A DNA stretch of 64,000 nucleotides, from NCBI GenBank assembly GCA_965228895.1, contig OZ245842.1, positions 2,624,001 through 2,688,000 on the forward strand. The letters run 5' to 3'. Below the pieces are notes generated by a model, which worked only from the letters and a program-made list of their open reading frames with translations, ran no database searches and was not told the origin of the DNA. Numbering within the stretch: position 1 is the stretch's first letter; each line of letters starts with the position of its first letter. Positions 59,791 through 64,000 of this stretch are shown here, piece after piece. Source of the DNA: Alphaproteobacteria bacterium. GTDB taxonomy: Bacteria > Pseudomonadota > Alphaproteobacteria > SP197. The position numbers and the translations under genes were made by a program.

Positions 59791-60152
59791 GGCGAATCGA
59801 TGTCTCACGCTTTTTCTGGCAAACACGGCTTGTTCCTTCTTCATGCTTTGCGATCTGCAGGCAGGCCCTCGTCGACAGATCGACACGTTCAATCAATTCA
59901 CCTCATCCATTCCGTCAATCCCAAAACCACGGGATCAACTTGCAAACACCCAATGGCGAGGCTCTCTGTGACAAGTATCTGGTGAAAACGGTCCCCGGGG
60001 GCAACATCTGATTTCTCATCAAATCAATCGATCTTGCTCATGAGTTCCCTGGACATGCGGAAAACGCCGGCTATGGCGAAGCCTTGTCCCCGCATGGCCC
60101 TTCGCTTTGCCCCGGACAACAGGCAAGACTGACCGGCTTCAACGGAGGCGAC

Positions 60153-60623
60153 ATGCGTCACCTGGTACCGGTCCTGGTCTTAGGGCTTGTGATCGTTTCG
60201 CGTGCGCGGGCCGAGTTTGACGACGGTCTCATCGCCTTCGACGAAGGCGACCATGCGACAGCACCGGTCATCTGGCAGCCGCTGGCCGAAGCCGGCGATG
60301 CGGATGCCCAGAACGCTCTTGGCGACATGTACCTTTATGGCCGTGGTGTCCCGCGCGATCCGACGGTGGCGATCGACTGGTACGAACGGGCGGCCGCCCA
60401 GGGCCATGCCGGTGCGCAAAATCACCTGGGCGTCATTCACGTCAACGGCTATGGCGTTGCGGTCGACCGGGTGACGGCCTTCATGTGGTGGAAGCTTGCC
60501 GCCGAGCGCGGCATCAACGATGCGTCCCATGCGCCCAGCGTTCTGGGTGACCGTATGACGCCATCGGAAATCAACGAAGCGAATGCGCGCGCCGTTGCCT
60601 GGTCACAAGGCAACGAGCCGTAA
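60153..60623 (+). CDS. Exported Sel1-like repeat protein
   Basis: RBS GGAGG, signal ending ARA, two AQ..LG.MY..G.GV..D...A..W..AA..G repeats. Confidence 0.9.
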   Translation: MRHLVPVLVLGLVIVSRARAEFDDGLIAFDEGDHATAPVIWQPLAEAGDADAQNALGDMYLYGRGVPRDPTVAIDWYERAAAQGHAGAQNHLGVIHVNGYGVAVDRVTAFMWWKLAAERGINDASHAPSVLGDRMTPSEINEANARAVAWSQGNEP

Positions 60624-60714
60624 CCGCGACCCGCCCTGGCGTTCGCCGGCGGCCGGCACTTACACGGGTCTAACGACACCAAACGAAACCGAACGCTCCT
60701 GCGTTACCGGCCGA

Positions 60715-61008
60715 TCAAGCGCCCCACTGAATGATGGTCATCGCGATAAGCAACAACAGACAGGCCAGTGCCTGAGGCACCAGCACCATCGCGGCAACGA
60801 TAACCTTCAGCCAGCTACCGTCTCCGGAAAAGGCCCCAAACAGATCGGCGAAGTAGTCACGCACGTCGATGGCGTGATCCAGACTGCTGCCGCGTGGGCG
60901 CCCGGGTCCGCGCAAGCGGTAGTAACCGGGCGTCGTTGTCGAGCGCGCTGTCTGGCGCAGCAACTCGGCTTCCTCGTGGCGTTGTCGTGGTGTCCGTCGT
61001 TGGACCAT
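60715..61008 (-). CDS. Small hypothetical protein with C-terminal TM segment
   Basis: GAGG before the ATG, basic N-terminus, hydrophobic C-terminus. Confidence 0.45.
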   Translation of the reverse strand: MVQRRTPRQRHEEAELLRQTARSTTTPGYYRLRGPGRPRGSSLDHAIDVRDYFADLFGAFSGDGSWLKVIVAAMVLVPQALACLLLLIAMTIIQWGA

Positions 61009-61250
61009 CGCAAGCCTCGCTTCAGCTTCGAGGTACTAAAGATAGATAATCATAGGCGCCAGGTCGACGAATGTTTCCCATCCACCATAATCGGCACCAA
61101 GACTCCACGGACGTAGACATGAAGTAGACCACTCCAAAAGGCGGGTTGTCAGATCAAATCACGACTTGTCTATCGACCGCTTCCAAGCGAAACTTCCACC
61201 CATTGCTAAAGTTGCATTACCTCTGCAGGTTCCACACCAGGAGTTGGATC

Positions 61251-61616
61251 ATGGCAAATTGTAGCGGTAACGGTAACGGCAAGAGCTGGGACCATGTTCG
61301 GCCATACATTCAAGTCAACACCGGCATAACAGGAGCATGCGTTGTGCTGGTTGCGCCCATATTCATCGGTTTCCCAAACATTCAGTCAAGCAGTCCGGCA
61401 TATCTTCAGGATATCTACGAACTGTTTCTGAAAAACATGGCCTGGGCTATCTTCGCAGGTGCGGTGGTTGGCGTGCTATTACAGGTCTTGCGCGATTGTT
61501 GTCGTAGCAACGAGTGGACGCACGGACTTGTTTCGGTTCCGGCCGTCATTCTAACCATCGTGCCGGCCATTTTCGGTTACTACGCTCTAATGGCTGTTGT
61601 CGACAATCTACCTTAG
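61251..61616 (+). CDS. Hypothetical membrane protein with about 3 TM segments, lower GC
   Basis: RBS AGGAG before ATG 61251, three hydrophobic stretches, many A/T-ending codons. Confidence 0.6.
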   Translation: MANCSGNGNGKSWDHVRPYIQVNTGITGACVVLVAPIFIGFPNIQSSSPAYLQDIYELFLKNMAWAIFAGAVVGVLLQVLRDCCRSNEWTHGLVSVPAVILTIVPAIFGYYALMAVVDNLP

Positions 61617-62206
61617 CGGCTGGAGCAATCTCTCAGCGGTTCAAGGGCGCACCGTCTTAGATCCATGGGTCGCGGCCAACTAGCATCCAGGCATCAGGTA
61701 CGGTGCATAATGGGTGATGCTTGAATTGGTGCGTGTTGTTCAGCCGCCACTTTGCCGGACATCGGACAGCTCAAAGAGCTGACTGAGACAAACTGACCGT
61801 TAGCGTAGGGTCGGCTCGAATGCCCAGGGCGGGAACCTGCCAAAAGCAACAACCGAACAGACACTTAACCCTGCAATCGCATCCTGCATTGCGAAGAGAA
61901 AAGTGGTGCGATTGGTCGCGCCAGTTCGATCACTGATGACCGTCTACCAGCCGGCGCGCCGTTTGGTGCCACATCTCGGCTTCCATTTGGCGGCCGCTGT
62001 CGATCCAACGCAATCCTCGTTTCAGATTTGTGACCTTGAGGGTTCGCTGATCACCATCGAGCATCCGATGCGCGCGTTCCAAGCCAATCGGTCGCGACAA
62101 GACCCGTCCCGATCATATCCACACGACGTAGGCGCAAACATTGTTTTGCCGACACAATTGTCTGACAGTGCTTGGGAGCGCTCTTGCGTTATGCACGGGT
62201 ATCGTC

Positions 62207-63100
62207 ATGAAGCATCTTCTACTTGTTCCCAGTTTTTTGATCCTGGCCGCGGCACCCGCCCTCGCCCAGGATGTGGAAGGCAGCGCCGACCACCCGTTGG
62301 TCGGTCGGTTCGACGGCAGTTGGATTCGCGCCTACGAAACGCGTGAGTTCGACGAGGTCGCGGTGGCAACCGCGGCCGGAACGGTCGGGACCGTCGAGGG
62401 CGCCGTCACCCGGCTGTCCTATGGTTATCCGCCGGAAACATCGCTGATCCATATCGCGCGCAACTTCGAACAGGCGCTGGAAGAGAAGGGCTTCACCATC
62501 AAGCTCAGTTGCGACCAGGACGATTGCGGACGCATCAACTATGACGTCGAGCAGTTCGGCAACTCGCCTTCATGGGCGACGTCGTTTGATTACCGCTATG
62601 TCATGGCAACGCGTTCTGATGCTGATGGCATCGTGCACGCGACTCTCTTCCTGTCGATCAACAACAGCAAGGCGATGTCTGTCGTCACGGTCACCGAAGA
62701 AGAAGCCATGAGTTTCCGCATGGTCGATGCGGCGGAAATGCAATCCGAGCTGACGGATACCGGACGGGTCGCGCTTTACGGCATCCAGTTCGACACCGAT
62801 GAAGCGACGATCAAACCGGAAAGCGAACCGACACTCGTGGAAATGGCGGCGTTCCTGTCAGCCAATCCGGGCCTGCAGATCGTCATCGTCGGTCACACCG
62901 ATAATCAAGGCTCGATGGAGTACAATCTCGGCCTGTCAGCCCGGCGCGCGGAAGCGGTACGCGACGCGCTCGTTTCGACCTACGGCATCGACGCCGACCG
63001 CATGGCCCACGCCGGCGCCGGTTTCCTGGCACCCTTGGCGCCGAACACGACGGAAGAAGGGCGCGCTTTGAACCGCCGGGTCGAGATCATCGCGCGTTAG
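62207..63100 (+). CDS. OmpA-family protein with DUF4892-like N-terminal domain
   Basis: Signal ending ALA, D..GS.DHPL..RF.GS.I, then GI.FDTD, VGHTD, N..LS.RRA.AV, NRRVE. Confidence 0.92.
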   Translation: MKHLLLVPSFLILAAAPALAQDVEGSADHPLVGRFDGSWIRAYETREFDEVAVATAAGTVGTVEGAVTRLSYGYPPETSLIHIARNFEQALEEKGFTIKLSCDQDDCGRINYDVEQFGNSPSWATSFDYRYVMATRSDADGIVHATLFLSINNSKAMSVVTVTEEEAMSFRMVDAAEMQSELTDTGRVALYGIQFDTDEATIKPESEPTLVEMAAFLSANPGLQIVIVGHTDNQGSMEYNLGLSARRAEAVRDALVSTYGIDADRMAHAGAGFLAPLAPNTTEEGRALNRRVEIIAR

Positions 63101-63105
63101 GGCGT

Positions 63106-64000
63106 CTACTCACTCTCGGTGACGGCCTCTTCGGCGACCTTCGAAAACGTCGTTGTCATCGGGCCCAGGCCGGGGAAGTCGAGTGTCGTCGTCATGGTCG
63201 TTTCGCTGCAGGTATAGCTTTGCTGCAGCATGCCGGCGCCAGGCTGGCTGACCGGGCCGGTCATGGTGGCATCCGGCGATGTGACCGTCACCTGACCGCT
63301 CAAGCCACCGGTTTCCTGGCATGTGTTCAGCAAGCCATCTTTCGCCGACCAGGTGCCGGTCGCCGCGGTGAGGTTGCCGACGCCCTCGCCTATGGCGTCG
63401 TCCATCTCGATCGTCAGGCCGCCGCCAAAGGGTTCGGTGATAAAGATACCGTCGCTGCGCAGAGTCATATCGCCGGGCGTGATGTTGGCCGCGGTAATGT
63501 TAATTCCCTGCGACTTCATCCATTCGACCGCGCCGCCGCTGGCATAGGACCACGTCCCGACCAGGCAGGCGTCGATTTCCTCGGTACCGCCGCAAGGGTC
63601 GCACGACGCCGTGCGCTCCACCTCGACCTCCACGCGCTCGGCGCCGTCGCCGGTATGCAGACCGACCATGCGGTAGCGCGCCATGCTGCCAGCCCGCGCG
63701 TCGACCTCCTCCGGCCACGGCCTTATCCAATCGCGCGTATCCATCTCGCGCACCGACACGTTGGGCGAAGACGGTGATAGGTTGACGCGCCGCCACTCTC
63801 CACATTCGTGATCGGCATATCCCTGCAGGACGACAAACGGTTCCAGCGTGACGGTCTCGGTCTCGTTGCCGTCGAAATAGATCTCGGTGCCCTCGACCTC
63901 GCCAAAGGCCAGCGGGTTTCCGCTGGGATCGGTGATGCTGAGGTCGGCATAGGCTTCGACAAAACTGAGCCATTGTTCGTCGCTCAACGCATCGCGCATG
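63106..64000 (-). CDS. Hypothetical, probably exported protein, C-terminal part (start beyond window)
   Basis: Frame is open to the window edge. Acidic and beta-rich, with several Cys (SCDPC, DACLVGTW, YTC). Confidence 0.7.
   Translation of the reverse strand, partial: MRDALSDEQWLSFVEAYADLSITDPSGNPLAFGEVEGTEIYFDGNETETVTLEPFVVLQGYADHECGEWRRVNLSPSSPNVSVREMDTRDWIRPWPEEVDARAGSMARYRMVGLHTGDGAERVEVEVERTASCDPCGGTEEIDACLVGTWSYASGGAVEWMKSQGINITAANITPGDMTLRSDGIFITEPFGGGLTIEMDDAIGEGVGNLTAATGTWSAKDGLLNTCQETGGLSGQVTVTSPDATMTGPVSQPGAGMLQQSYTCSETTMTTTLDFPGLGPMTTTFSKVAEEAVTESE

Noticed and set aside
59845-60152. Guanidine riboswitch or FNR box upstream of the deiminase
   Set aside because: No ykkC-type or paired ACGR hairpins were found. 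CTGAT-N5-ATCAA has the wrong spacing for FNR.
61620-61655. GGAGCAATCTCTCAG resembling part of a glycine riboswitch
   Set aside because: It lacks the upstream GGAGA...CCGAAG elements and the second aptamer, and no glycine-related gene follows.

Overview
GC-rich alphaproteobacterial chromosomal window, probably Rhodospirillales-like. This assignment rests on class I phaC, a sigma54 glnB-glnA locus, the alphaproteobacterial NADP-IDH type and a tRNA-His that keeps G-1/C73. It is mostly housekeeping and metabolic DNA: hom (partial), phaC, argC, oxyR-katG, rplM-rpsI, metY, a ycbB/ycbK pair, glnB-glnA, chaA, parE, a DEAD-box helicase, arsC and icd, with many accessory enzymes and exported hypothetical proteins interspersed. 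I saw no integrase, transposase, prophage, CRISPR array or rRNA. The most unusual items are: (1) a tandem two-domain bacterioferritin-like protein (13411-14304) in which both domains keep the heme-ligand Met52 but have lost the ferroxidase centre in the same way (E51K, H54R) and lack helix E; (2) an array of five paralogous polytopic membrane proteins (34231-40219), four sharing a C-terminal 'YRQLxGxG...VFDD' motif, interrupted by chaA; (3) several structured non-coding elements; (4) an oxidative-stress block between rpsI and argC with a clear four-tetramer OxyR site. All family calls are by eye, and several start codons were moved from the ORF track.
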